Shown here in pieces: positions 25,901 through 38,669 of a DNA stretch of 64,000 nucleotides. Within the stretch, counting starts at the first letter, position 1, and each line of letters begins with the position of its first letter. The position numbers and the translations under genes were made by a program. This DNA comes from Chara braunii (taxonomy: Eukaryota > Plantae > Charophyceae), in the NCBI GenBank assembly GCA_003427395.1, contig BFEA01000035.1, forward strand, positions 3,078,330-3,142,329, read 5' to 3'. The notes below the pieces were generated by a model. The model was not told where the DNA came from and made no database searches. It worked only from the letters and a program-made list of their open reading frames with translations.

Positions 25901-28250
25901 TCAAGCAGCTTCGCAGTTTCCTAGGCCTCACAATTTACTATAGTAATTTCATCGAGGGATATGCAAGGTATTCCTACGTCCTTACTTCCACCCTCCTCCG
26001 AAAGAACCCGTTGTGGTTTTGGACACCCCTGTGCGAGGACGTCTTTCGCGCCATCAAGAAGGTGGTGACTTGTGCGCCGGTTTTTCACCTCCCCAATTTT
26101 GATTGACCCTTTATCGTCATCACCGATGCGTCAGATTTTGTAGGAGGAGCTGTACTTTCTCAAGTGTTTCCCTCTCTTCCGGATTCACCTTATCCCCATG
26201 TTCCTCCTCTGCCCCCCCCACCCTTCCTGCTGACACTGCTTCTCTACTAACGCTTATCCTCCCACCACTTCCTTCCACTAAAAGTCCTCCCGTTACTTAC
26301 TCCCCGACCATCTGGGAGGATGGGACTGTCGAGGCTCGTTTTGGGGATTGCCCGATCGCTTTCTATTCCCGTCAGCTACTGTCTGCCGAGATAAGCTACA
26401 TTGTCGATGAACGTGAGGTCTCGCAGTAGTTTATGCTATTCGGCATTGGCGTCATTATCTGCACGAGGCGCCCTTCACAGTGCGCACAGGCAACTCAGTT
26501 GTCCAGACTTTCCTCACGAAGTCCAAACTTTCCCTCGACAAGCGCGTTGGTGGCGTGACTTATCCGAATTCAGTTTCATTACTCGGCCTATGAAGGGTGA
26601 AACGAACTGCGTCATCGATGCCTTGTCCCGCCGTCCTACTCACAATCAGGAACCCATCCATCTTGCTGTCATTTCCATCACCACTCTTGATCAGTCGGTG
26701 ATCGACGCAAATCGCACTCGGTACCGCCACTACCCAGATTATTGCGTCATCCATGCGGCACTGAGGAGTGGCAAGACCGTTCCCTTATACTTGCTCGGTG
26801 AGAACGGTCTCGTGTACTGACGCGGCAGATCTGGTCAGCTAGAACCACGTATCTGCGTTTCCTCCACTGGATAGCTCCGTGTCCAGACTATAACAGAGTT
26901 CTATGACCAGACAATTGTCGACCATATGGGCTTCCACAAGAAGTTGGCTCGTGTTTGCTGCCTGTAAGTCTGGCCGAAGTCCAAGGACTTTGTCAAAGCC
27001 TACATCCAGGAGTGTACTACGTGCCAGAAGGTGAACAATGTCAACCACCTTCCGTATGGGTTACTTCAGCCCCTACCCATACCTGAGGGTCGTTGGCAGG
27101 TCATCTCGATGGATTTCATTGGCCCCCTTCTTCCACCCACTGAGCGCGGTCATGATGTTATATTGGTCGTCGTCGATCGCTTCACGAAGCGTGCACGCTT
27201 TATCTCGTGTCGCTATCGCATTAGCGCTCGTGAGGTCGCCGACATCGTTTTCGACCGAGTCGTGAGAGATCACGGCTTACTTCAAAGCATCATCTCCGAC
27301 CGCGACCCGCGCTTTACCAGCACATTCTGGCGATGCTACACAACGTGTACGGATCCCAACTCTGCTTCTCATCGTCTTACCACCCTCAGACGGATGGTTA
27401 GACTGAGATCATAATAAAACTCTCGGTAATATCCTTCGAAAGTTTATTAGTGATGACCAGCAATGGGACTTACACTTAGCCCACGCGGAGATTGCATACA
27501 ACCACACTGTTTCGCCAGCCACGGGGATTTCATCATTCTATTGCGGCGTCGGCTATCACCCTCGCGTACCCGCGGATTTCTTACGACTGTTGCGGTTGCA
27601 CCTAGACACTCGTTGTCCTGCACTTGACGAGTGGATCGCCCACATGGCGATGATTATGAAACGCGCATACGAGAGTCTTAGACACTCGTTGTCCTGCACT
27701 TGACGAGTGGATCGCCCACATGGCGATGATTATGAAGCGCGCATACGAGAGTCTAACCGATTCTCATATTTGCATGACGGCTTGAGCGAACCGATCACGA
27801 ATGGATCATCCATTCAAAGTCGGTAAAGATGTGTTCGTCAATGCACTCCACTTGCAGCTCGAAGCGGATACGCTTCACAAGTTCAGGCGTCGCTTCTTCG
27901 ATGTATGCCGCATCCTTCAGGCCATCGGTTCTGATATTGTTGGTAGTCCGGTCAGCTTTCGTGTGAAGCAACCTGATTATTTTCGACAGACTCGCGTACA
28001 CGATGTTTAACATGTCTCCTTGCTGCGTCCTCATCGCAGACCATCCGATCGCTTCGTCGGACGCCCTTATGAGCGTCGTCCACCTATCACGGTGGACGGT
28101 CACGAAGAGTCGTCGTTTTCGACATCGTATCTCGCCGAGTTAGCGACGATACCCCTCCACGCATCGAGTACCTTGTGCGCTGGAAGGGCTATCCCGATGA
28201 GGAGGATACTTGGGAGCCCATCGAGCACTTGGAGTACGCTCGGATGTTGA
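22917..28250 (+). pseudogene. gag-pol of the chromovirus (disrupted)
   Basis: gag: YDGT..VSHWL...KLQGGAFSAW. Knuckle: CLRCRQNGHTSARC (23853-23894). Protease: ALWDSGS. RT: KIDLYSGYHQI, PFGLTNAPATFQ, VYLDD. RNase H: VITDASDF. Integrase: LLQPLPIP..WQVISMDFI, SDRDPRFTS. Chromodomain: YLVRWKGYPDEEDTWEPIEHL. Confidence 0.95.
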
Positions 28251-29385
28251 TTTGTGCACACCATTGTGCTCATCGTGCTGAGACATCTGCTCCTACTCAG
28301 CCGACCGACTATCTTCCTCCTCCTCCGGCTGAGGAGATTGCTGAGGACGAACCCGCTCCCTCTGAGGCCGTTTTCAGCAGCAGATGGACGCCTCTGCGCG
28401 TCCACAACGCACTCGTCGACGCCCTCGACGTCTCGACGATTAACACTCTGATCATCTACGATCTCCTTACTTACTCACACCATCAAAGTACTCCATCATC
28501 AACCTCTTCAGGATGTCAACTTTTTGCGGCTCTGCTTCGACATCTACTCGACTCCTGCTTCATCGACGTTATCGACCACCTCGACGACTTCAGTCACCTT
28601 CTTGACTTCAGCCATCTTATCAGCTTCAGCTACTTTTGACGTGACTACTTCACGCCACCACCCTACCCTGTACATCCCCTTGCATCTGTCGCATGATGAT
28701 TCTTACTTAGCTGGGTCACTTTGAGTTGGGTCTCCCTTGGTATCTCATAGGCATTGGGTCCGTAGCTTTATCTTGGTTTCTCTGCTCCCAAATCTAGCCC
28801 CTTCCTCCCCCAATCGATGAGTTGTGTGCATGTTTCCCTCACCCACTGCCCTCATCACCCTAGTGCCGACACTTGCATACCTTCAGTTAGGCATATCTCC
28901 ACCATATTTTAGGTTTCCCTTCTCATGGTCGACCCTGCATGGTGTCACCCTTTCTGTTGAGCATTACCCGCCTTGATGGTCTATCTGTTAGGGTCATTGG
29001 TTTTGTTTCCCTACCAGAGTCTGATGAGTTATCCCACATTCGTGTGTGACTGCCCTTAGGAGTTTCGATTCTTAGGCTGCATTCAACCCTTCTGAGACCA
29101 TCCCACTTTTAGTGGTTCAGGGACATGACATTACTTGTGACATATTGTTTTTTTTCGTTTCAGCACTAAGGTCATTGCCTCTAGGATTTAAGGGTTGTAT
29201 CATGCTACATTTCATTTTCTGATGATAGTTAGGATGTGTATACCAAACATTTGCTTTTTAGTTGACATTCGCATGAACTCCGCATGGAGTTCCGCATCCT
29301 AGATTTCTCGACTTTCTTTATTGTAGAGTTTTGCTGCTTTTACGGATAGCGTGTTTATGGCTCTTCATTACAGGTATGAGGATCG

Positions 29386-29749
29386 TGCAGCGGGCCTCTA
29401 TCTGCCCTGGCCTACAGCCAGGGCCTATTCGGCTATTTGCCAGTCCGACCTATGGGACTAGATCGTGGCCCGACCCCACAGGCCGTGTACTGTTTCAGTC
29501 CAGTCCAATCCTGTCTGGTATCACTGTCGGTACCAAGCCAGTCCAGTCCAGTCCAGTCCAGTCAGTCCGCTAGGGGTATACCGCAGCTGCAGTCTGTATT
29601 TCCTCAATTCTTCATTTTTGCACATCTTGGAGTACGTGGGTGTTGAGTCTGCGTCGGAGTTGCGTTGTGCCTTACAACTCCATCTCTACCTCCTCCTTCG
29701 TCAACCTTCCTCCATCCTGACGGACCGCCATCCCGGCGGTTCCAACACA
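29386..29749 (+). repeat. 3' LTR
   Basis: Diverged copy of 19121-19431 with two internal insertions, preceded by an eroded purine tract (AGGTATGAGGA). Confidence 0.93.
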
Positions 29750-31030
29750 ACATAGTAACAGACTTGCACGGGTTGTTTTCTGACTGACTTGCGGGAATGA
29801 CATTGACCAACAAGACTAACCAACGGGGTCGTACATCCAATGACATCCGCGTCTAATCTGTCGACTCCTATTAGTCGATTCACTCGCCAATTCCCAACTC
29901 GATGTAGGACCATTTTCAGTAGGTGGAGGGATTGACAATAGTAACGGATACCTAACCGCACATAAACATAAGTCATACAACCTTGACCAACGATTTTTTT
30001 TTCCAAAATTTATTTATTGGTTGGTAGAAAACAAATAAAAATTAAAAAAATAAAAACTTAATTCAAATTACCGTTCAAACGCAGAACATAAATTATAAGA
30101 ATTAGACTGCGTTGTTTGTATACAAACTCCAAAAGTGAGAGGAGGAAAAAAGAAATGTTTAGATTTTAGTTAATATATATTTGTCTAACGAATACAAGAA
30201 GAGGTGCACCTTCATATAAGGGTTGGACCAACTGATACCAAGGGTGTCGCCGCGTGTGATAGGAGGTGACTGGAATGCCACAATGGACTCTATAATGGAC
30301 TATATGTTGTGCTGAAGTACCGGCCAATCAGGACAAGAAGCCACTCGTATCTGTCATCTTACTCTTGACCACAGTTTTGTAGATCCTTTTCACCCTCTTT
30401 ATCCAACCACAAGAGTATTCACACTCATCAAGAAGAATAAATCACCAGGGTTGTCAAGCGGGGAACCGCGGGGGCCGGGTGGGGCCTTGCTCCCCAAATC
30501 CCCGACACGAGGATCCCTAACCCCCACCCCCGCCCATTAACCCTTGCCCATCCACCCGCCCCCCTGCCCCAACCTGTTACTCCCTCGTCCCTTCACCCCG
30601 CTACCCTCACACCCTTTCATCCCCCCTCCCCCCCCTCGCCCCTTCACCTCTGCCGAATTTTTGGCTCTGAGTGAACCATCTTTCGAATACGTTGACGCAC
30701 AACATGCATTAAGGAAGTGTTTGGCCTTTCTGCTTCTGTAATGTCTTGTCTATCAGTAAATCATTGGTTGCTAGACGGAGGTACTCCACTTATCATTGTA
30801 CAGAGGCGAGTTTTGCAGGTTTTTTTTAGCCTTTAAAACCATTTAATATTTCTTCGCGACTCCTTGTTGATATTAAGGTGTTAGATTAATTTTAGGTCGT
30901 AGCGTTGATTTAACTGGTATATTGTGTAATGATCTATGGCATACCCGGCTCCTACCGGATGTGCTTGTCCACAACCATTCGGCCAAGTTCAGGGGCAGCT
31001 GGTATATCGACGTATTTGTGAGAAACACTA
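29750..31030 (+). mobile_element. Remainder of LINE duplication copy 2
   Basis: Resumes at 'agtaacagacttgcacggg', as at 17321; GGDWNATMD...FVDPFHPLYP..RVFT endonuclease motifs. Confidence 0.75.
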
Positions 31031-31319
31031 GCCTTTTGTCGTCATCCTGCCATCCTGAAAACCTTGATTCCTTACAATTCTTCTTTTTGGCTCTGGTGAG
31101 GTTTTTTGTAGGGAGTTGTCAATACCTACTGTAAATAGATCTACGACTATTGTCCCATTCGGGTTGTAGCATACCACATTGCCTACCTCTCCTTGGCGGA
31201 CTTGGATTGCCATTCAGACAGATTCTTGCAGGGAGGGTTCCTTTCGGAGATTTTCCACTAGCTCAGGGGAGAGAAGGTGAACAACAGTCGTATTTTTCAT
31301 CACCACTGCAGGACACCCT

Positions 31320-31670
31320 TCACCACTTCAGCCTTCCTAAACTGGTGGATTTCAGGGTCTTCGGACCTTTCACCACTTCAGGACCATTCAGGTCTGAAAA
31401 TCCTGAATGGTCCTGAAGTGGTAAAAACTCCGAAGACCCTGAAAACCACCTGTTTAGGCAAGTTGCATCCTCAAATGGTGAAGGGTGGTTTTCATGGTCT
31501 TCAGACATTTCACCACTTCAGGACCATTTAGGATTTTCAGACTTCCCAAAACTCTCACTTGACCACTTTAGGATACAGCTTGCCTAAACAGGTGTTTTTC
31601 AGGGTCTTCGGACATTTCACCACTTCAGGACTATTCATGATTTTCAGACTGCCAAAAACTCTCACTTCAG
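31320..31670. repeat. Foldback-like element built from CACCACTTCAGGACCATT units
   Basis: ~60-bp inverted arms around ~31396, plus direct copies at 31511 and 31618. Confidence 0.85.
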
Positions 31671-31794
31671 AATATTCATTCCTGAATTTTCACCTACCCG
31701 ATAACCGCTTGTGGCTCAGGGGAATTCGCTCTACTATACTCTCAAGTGCTTCGTTGGGTTTATGGAGGTATCATAACTTTTCCTTAAGCTAGTT

Positions 31795-33330
31795 TCAGTC
31801 GATCCAATCCTGCCTGTCTGGATCCCAAATGTCCCTTATTCTGAGTACACCCCTTCTACTTCGACCTTGCCAGGGGGAGTCCGTGCAGCGAAGGACTTGG
31901 CCCCTACCAGAAGGGATCGTTGCACAGATCTTCCCTTGCCTCTTGCCTTGGTGAGTTGGGTGAAATATTCTCTTGTTGAGTTCAGTCTCTTGGTATTGGT
32001 CATTCTCTCTTCTCCAGTTATGTGAGTGGGTTGACATTAGCCGATGTTTCAAGAACTAGTCTAGATATTTCTTCCAAGGCGAGGCCCTTCCATGGTATAC
32101 GACACCGCCTAGCAGCTTTAGGTTTTTGTGACAAATCAGGGAACCCTAAACCCAACTTCTTTTATTGTCAAGATCCGCAGAGAAACTCTGTGTCACGTAT
32201 CTCCGGACTTCTCCGCGGTCTCGCCAATTACTATATAATAGACTCGAAGCGGCAATGCATAGTTAGATTATCATATATACTTCGTCATTCTTTGGCTATG
32301 GTATATGCTGTTAAATTCAAGCTTCGCTCGTGGGCTAAGGTCTTTGCTATAGCAGGTAAAGATCTAAAGAAACCACGCAATGACTGTTACTCAGGTTTCG
32401 AAATCCAGACTCCCAGCTGGCTCTTTCGAGCCACATTTCTTCGTAGAGGTTCGCTCGAGCAGAGTTAAAGAGCAGACGTTTGAGCCATTGTATGGTCAGT
32501 GCCTTGGTTTGTATTGCTGGGTCGATTACGCCCGGTCCCCCTTTCATTTTGGGTTGGATTATGGATTGGCATGCGCCCCTATTGATCACATTGTGTTTTT
32601 CGTGGTCCTCTCGCCATAAAAATCAACTATTTGTCTTTGGAAAGGAGGATGGTGGCCTTATCCAATCCCCAAATATCCGACCTATACCAAACAGAGTGGG
32701 CTAGCGCATTGTTGATTGCAAGGGACTGTCTCATTGGTAAGGTATGTCCGTCCTTCCATAGTGCTAGCTTTTCTAAGGGCGGTTTTGATATCCATTCATT
32801 ATTTACTGTTGGTCTGCCATTTGTTGATAAGGAGACCACCAACACTCGGATGAGGGTCTCCAGATCCTTGGCTGCTTCGGGGGCCTCACTCCTTGGTGAC
32901 GGATCTACCAGTCAAGGGTCTTATAAGGTTATTGGCAAACAGCAAGCAAATGACTTCCTTGGTTATCAAGGTAATTTGTATCCTCTTGATGTCCTTATGC
33001 GCCCTCATGTTCGCTGCTAGTGCCTTCATAATTATGACAAAAAGAAGCGGTTTTGTCGGGTTCCCTTGTTTGACAAATCTTTGGAGAGTGATGGGCGGTG
33101 CAAGGTTGTCATTGACCATGACCCTTGTCGTTGCATTATTGTGCAAAATTTTTAGCTAGCGCCTAAAGCTTGATCCAAAGTTCAACTTTTCCAAACATTT
33201 GTCCTAGAACGTCCAATCTACGTAGTCATAGATATTCTTAAAGTCGATGAAGATTATTGTTGCATTACATTTTACGGACTTTCTTCTTATGAATCCTGCC
33301 GCAAACATTAAACCTTGGGTTAAAGCCCTG
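31795..33330 (-). mobile_element. Degenerate L1/Tx1 LINE ORF2 (RT and downstream region), interrupted at ~32093-32377
   Basis: IIFIDFKNIYDYVDW, RFVKQGNPTKPLLFVIIMKALA, LLFANN (LFADD-like), PKMKGGPGVID...KALTIQWL, GVLRIRDIW. Confidence 0.88.
32093..32377 (+). pseudogene. Group II intron maturase domain X fragment, probably an organellar DNA insertion
   Basis: RLAALGFCDKSGNPKPNF...SVSRISGLLRGLANYY...RLSYILRHSLAMVYAVKFKLRSWAKVFAIAGKDL matches domain X motifs (RG..NYY; YIL..S.A...A.KFKL.S..KVF...GKDL). Confidence 0.85.
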
Positions 33331-33470
33331 ATAACATCATGTTCGATCTCGTCAATCACCCTTTCACCGCGTGTGCTGAGATAAGCATCGTAGAGAGGTG
33401 AACAATAATTTAGTCAAAACGAACATTTTTTATTTTATTTTATTTTTAACAAAATTGACACCGACTAATT

Positions 33471-33712
33471 TGACCCGAATCCACCCGAGCCAGGTTGAAA
33501 TCGTGACGAAATTGAGGGTCTGGCATTCTTAAAATGTCGTACCCCTTAAACTCCAGCTAAGTCCAAATACATCCAGGGAGTCCGACGTTCTTAAAATATT
33601 GCACCCCTTAGATTCCATATAAGTCCAGCTATATCCAGGGGGTCTGGCATTTTAAGAACGCCAGACCCTAAAGAGCTAAAAATTTTAACCTGAATCGGGC
33701 AGAGTTGGGTCA
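33471..33712. mobile_element. MITE-like hairpin element
   Basis: TGACCCGAATCCACCCGAGCCAGGTTGAAAT pairs with ATTTTAACCTGAATCGGGCAGAGTTGGGTCA; an inner ~30-bp inverted pair AGGGTCTGGCATTCTTAAAATG is also present. Confidence 0.75.
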
Positions 33713-35810
33713 CTTTAGGTACTTCTTATTTCGTTTCAAAAAATAAAAAAATGTTTTGTTGTTGGTGATTAGCTCCAACAAACAGAAGGTAGAAGGTTCA
33801 CATCTGGTTGGGGAAAGCCGGCCCTGACCACTATATCCCGATTCGCTACATAAACCGATCTGTGACTTAAACACATCAGAATGTAGACACACTCAGACCC
33901 ATGTTGCAGCTTATCCCATTGATCGGAAGTATCCTTAGTCAGAACTTCACATAACACCTTCAGCATGCAATATCCCCCTTAAGACATGCTAGTAGAACAA
34001 TTAGCACGTGGATTTGATCGAGGAGTATGCATACAGTCGCATGAGCATTAGACTTTAACCATCTGATCCTGTCCACGACATTATGCAACGATCTGAGGCT
34101 ACCCGCCGGTCAATTTTCGTTCACTTGGGGATCTTCAAAAGTTGACGAATTATGACGCATATTGTTGGAGTGTTTGTCTTTCAACCGTGACGATTCGTCG
34201 GTGTGGGCCGACCTCTCCTCCTCCGGTTGATCAACATTGTTATGGAGATCAAGCCTGGCGAGTTCCCATGCATCAAGCTCTTCGCGAAAGTACTGCACTT
34301 TCTTCTGCTTGCACAATTCCTGCACGACAGTGTTGTGCAATGAGACAAACTCCTAACGCATCTTTATGTACGCAGCCAAACCATGGAAGGATCACGATTC
34401 TCGTCAAGCAAAACATTTCGTAGACTACCTTTTGGGGTTTTAATTGTGGATTTGGATTCTTGCCAATTAAACTACCAGTATTTTCGAGACACTTTCCTCT
34501 GATGCTGGAAACACGGTGCTTTAAAAAAAAAAAAAACTAGCGTGAATTTCTTTGGGTAGGCGGGGCCAACTATTTTGGTTAGGTACCGCAACCCCGAAAA
34601 TCGAGCAAGTATACAATAAGGGTCCACAACCAATGTACGTGTCAAGTACTGGGGGTTTCGTGAAATAACCATTAGTATGCAATCAACTCAAGGCAATTAG
34701 AGCATTCCATCACATACAAGTTTAGGGAGTGAGTGACATGCTTGCCTTTGTCAAAGGTACTGAGAATACCTTTGACAATATGTGCGTGTGTGGCTTTTGT
34801 ATGTATTCCGCAAGTTCAATGGGCTATAGTGGAATGTTAGAGCATCAGGAGCCTTGAGGGAAGCTAGGCATCTTAACTTCCTAAAATTTTCTCCCCCCCC
34901 ACTGCCCTAGTACACACACTACCTCTTCCTCATTTGTGGTCAAGAGCACCACTAGAAAATGTGCCCTAAAGGTATGACCCTATGAAAGGAGTGTTGTGCC
35001 TGCCAAGGACTAGCACCTGGAAGACCTCAGGGGTCCCACATTACTAACTGCTTGCAAGGACTAGCCCCCAAGTTAATTCGTGCACTTATATATACATCCG
35101 AAAATTGATTAACTAAACTCCCTATGAGTTGGACTCGGACTTTTATATCTCTGGCATTACTGCAAATAGACATTAAAGTCACTATTTTTTCTTGTTTTTC
35201 CAAGGTTCGACTAACTTCGACTTTGACATAAGCGAATCATAAAGTATATGCCCTGGGACAAGCCTGAACTTTGTCTGCAAGCGTAAGCCTGAAGGCCCTG
35301 AACTTAGGCTGCAGGAATAAAATTTCACTCAAGAGTTAGTGCTAACACTGGTGCAGGTTGTTGTTTCGTCCCCAAACCCTCTACGTCAGACTTTGGTTTC
35401 CTGAAGGCTTGAACATTGTTGCACAATGAAGCAGGACTACCGGTTTGACAGGTCTTGCTACCGTGAAGATTAAGGGTGAAGAGGAAGGTGAAGATGGGGG
35501 TGGAGGAAGAAGATTGACAAACATGGAGGCAACAACAAGTAATACACACCAAGCACTCACACGACGTATTCTGAAAACTCACAATGAACAATGAATGAGA
35601 TAACAGGTCACACTCTAAGGTACCCTTAACAATTTTTTTGGAGTAAGTCTGTGCTGACTTCGATCATTGACGGAATAGTAAACAACACGTGACCTTGTCC
35701 CACAAGCCAAACAAACACAGTGTGAAATAACCCTAATTGTAGGTTGAGAAAAATACACTAAAGTTGTCAAGTGCATCGATTCCGTCGTTCAGAAGGAGCC
35801 GAAAGATGGA

Positions 35811-36620
35811 GCCCTCCTGACTACGGTAGATAAGAAGTTTAGAACTTAGAATAACGGGTTCCTCGCCATTCGATATGGAGGATGGGGCTCATTTGCTCTA
35901 GCCGGATGTGCCAACCATACCTCTCATGGTCTCCTACGATAAAACAAGGTTGTCAGACACATAGATTTCTTTCCTAAGAACTTGTCATCACTCGTAGGGG
36001 TGTAACTCTGTCGAGCTAATGCACGTACGTAAGTCTGTACACGCAATTGCAAGGTAGATCAACTGAAGGTGTTTGCTCGTTCACTGTAATATAAAATGCT
36101 GATCGAACGTGAGCGTCGTTTGTTCCTTATGACGCTAATCGCCTAAGTACAAAGAGAACGACGGTTGAATAAAACTATTCGAACCAAGAGTAGAGCCAGC
36201 AATGATCCTAGGTGCCCTCCCGACTATGTTAGATAGAAGTTAAGAACTTGGGATAACGGGTTCCCCGCCATTCGATATGGAGGATGGGGCTCAGTTGCTC
36301 TATCCAGATATGCTAGTCGTACCTTTGACGGTTTCCTACAATAAAACAAGGTCGTCAGATACATTTGTATTTTTCCTAAGAAGTTGTCACCACTCATAGG
36401 GGTGTAACTCTACCGAGTTAATGCACGTACGCAAGTTTGTACATGCAATTGTAAAGGTATATCAAACTGAAGGTGTTTGCTCGTTCGCCGTAATATAAAA
36501 TACTGATCAAACCCGGGCGTCGTTTGTTCCCTATTACGCTAGTTGCCTAAGTACAAAACAAACAATGGTCGAATAAAACTATTCCAACCAAAAGTGGAGC
36601 CAGTAATGATCCTAGTCCCT
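35811..36620. repeat. Diverged tandem duplication, ~403-bp unit
   Basis: 35811-36213 aligns to 36214-36620. Confidence 0.93.
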
Positions 36621-36882
36621 TAAACCACTAGTACCTTATGAGGCACTCCTCCAAACCTTCTTTTACCAGATACTAGGTCCCCCCCCCCCCCCCCCTTTTT
36701 TTATGCCATGAGTAAGGTCATTCCCAAAAACGTGTAAAAAAAGGAAGGAAAGAAAAGAAAAAAAAAGGAACAAAAAGTTGGTCGTGATCATCGTCAGATA
36801 CATTCGGGAAAGTACTAATGTGAGTATGCCGGCAGTGAGGGCGTCTATTACAACTTGCGTTGCTGGCAGAGCCCGAAAAAAA

Positions 36883-37060
36883 NTACTCCGTGGCAGTCAT
36901 CAAAATCAAACCCCTTGATTTCTCTCTAGACCCTGGATGATAAAGCTGGTCTCCTATGCGATAAGAGACGATTGCCACACATGTATGAACCTGTGTACCC
37001 CCCACTCTCCGTAGGGTGCAGAAGAGGGTGTGGTCTGTCTCTTATACACATCTAGATGTG
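36883..37060. other. Assembly artefact: Nextera mate-pair junction adapter with a chimeric read fragment
   Basis: A single N, then ~150 bp matching 58167-58318, then CTGTCTCTTATACACATCT-AGATGTG (37035-37060). Confidence 0.93.
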
Positions 37061-37116
37061 GTCGTGATCAACGTCAGATACATTCGGGAAAGTACTAATG
37101 TGAGTATGCCGGCAGT

Positions 37117-37155
37117 GAGGGCGTCTATTACAACTTGCGTTGCTGGCAGAGCCCG

Positions 37156-37205
<50 letters not shown>

Positions 37206-37404
37206 GCTATGATAGTGCTCATGTATAGTCTGGATAACACTGTGTCAGCATGCCCTCAGTCAAGATTCTCTGAGGGCGTCTATTACAACTTGCGTTGCTG
37301 GCAGAGCCCGGAAAAAAAAAAAAAAAAAAAAGATTTGGCTATGATAGTGCTAATGTATAGTCTGGATAACACTGTGTCAACATGCCCTCAGTCAAGATTC
37401 TCTG
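37117..37404. repeat. Tandem duplication with an internal poly(A) run
   Basis: gagggcgtctattacaac...(A)n...caagattctctga occurs twice. Confidence 0.85.
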
Positions 37405-38073
37405 ATATCTGTTCATAAGTAGTTTGTTGGAGGAAGACGACAAACCAAGAGAAAAAAAATAAAGCAAAAATGTGGTTGTAGATGCAGTCAAATACGTTCG
37501 GGAAAGTACTAGTCAGTGACGACCTTCCCTGGGAATGTGGAAGACGCCTTGCCTTGCTGGCAGGGCACTCTAAGACAAACCAATTTTTTTTAATTTTATT
37601 TATTTATTTATTTATTTTTTTTTGCTGCTGTGCTCAGTGGTCGTTCGTTTTTGTTTTGAAACGCACATGCGCCAAGGCTGCACTTAGCTGCCTCCGGGCC
37701 TGCCAAAGTCTTTCATGAATTTAGAAAGACGATTTTTTTTGCGTGGGCGGGGTTGTTTGTAACTCATTAACATACATTCTCAGAAGAATCTTCTAAAAAA
37801 TTATACATTCATTTAATGATTTAACCACACCGGATCGTATTCACAATATCAAGACCTTCAAGAGGCTTGAGTCAAACTTATAAGTGTTCGATTTCGAAAA
37901 GTTGAGCTCATACCGATGAATAGTAAAAAACAGGTTTGCCTTGATGAGACCTCTCATATTTATTTATTCCAACTCTTACGTAGATTAAAGATATTTAATA
38001 TCATATGCCTTTATTGTTTTTAGGCGGGCAAGTCTGAGTAATATATGCATCATTGTCTTAATAAAAAATTTTG

Positions 38074-38669
38074 TCGTCCCACGAGAGGTGGAAGTATAAA
38101 AAGTTCAAGGGAGATGAAACGTCCGAAGTGTGATATGAGTTATAGAAGATTATATTAACGAATGTTGAAACTTATCGTCATAGCAAAAAGTTATAAGCGG
38201 GGTTAGCCCTCAAAAGGTCGTTGAGCTCAGGCGAATTTATGGCTCCGTGTTGCCAACTCCTTGGTGGAATGAAATTTCAGGATTCATCGTCATTAGACCA
38301 ATGAGGATTATATAGGTCGTTCTTTTTCTTATAAGTGTCTATCTGACTCATAACTCGTCAACTTCCAATCTATACATTTCATCGTCCCACGAGAGGTGGA
38401 AGTATACAAAGTTTAAGGTAGATCAAACATCCGAAGTGCGATGTGAGTTATAGAAGACGATATTAACGGATGTTGAAACTTCCGTCATACGAAGAAGTTT
38501 AAAGCGGGGTTAGCCCATAGAAGGTCGTTGAGCTAAGTCTAAATTATAACTCCATGTTGCCAACTCGTTGGTGGAATGAAATTTCAGGATTCGTCGTCAC
38601 TGGACCACTGAGGATTATATAGGTTGTTCTTTTTCTTCTGAGTGTCTATCTAACTCACAACTCATCAAC
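38074..38669. repeat. Diverged tandem duplication, ~308-bp unit
   Basis: tcgtcccacgagaggtggaagtata at 38074 and 38382. Confidence 0.93.

Larger units (their letters stand above)
19121..29749 (+). mobile_element. Decayed Ty3/gypsy chromovirus LTR retrotransposon with both LTRs
   Basis: Two LTRs, a PBS, then gag, CCHC knuckle, protease, RT, RNase H, integrase and chromodomain in gypsy order, with many stops and frameshifts. Confidence 0.95.

Noticed and set aside
37035-37053. Tn5/IS50 end as a genuine or horizontally acquired transposon
   Set aside because: It is the synthetic mosaic end in mate-pair junction configuration.
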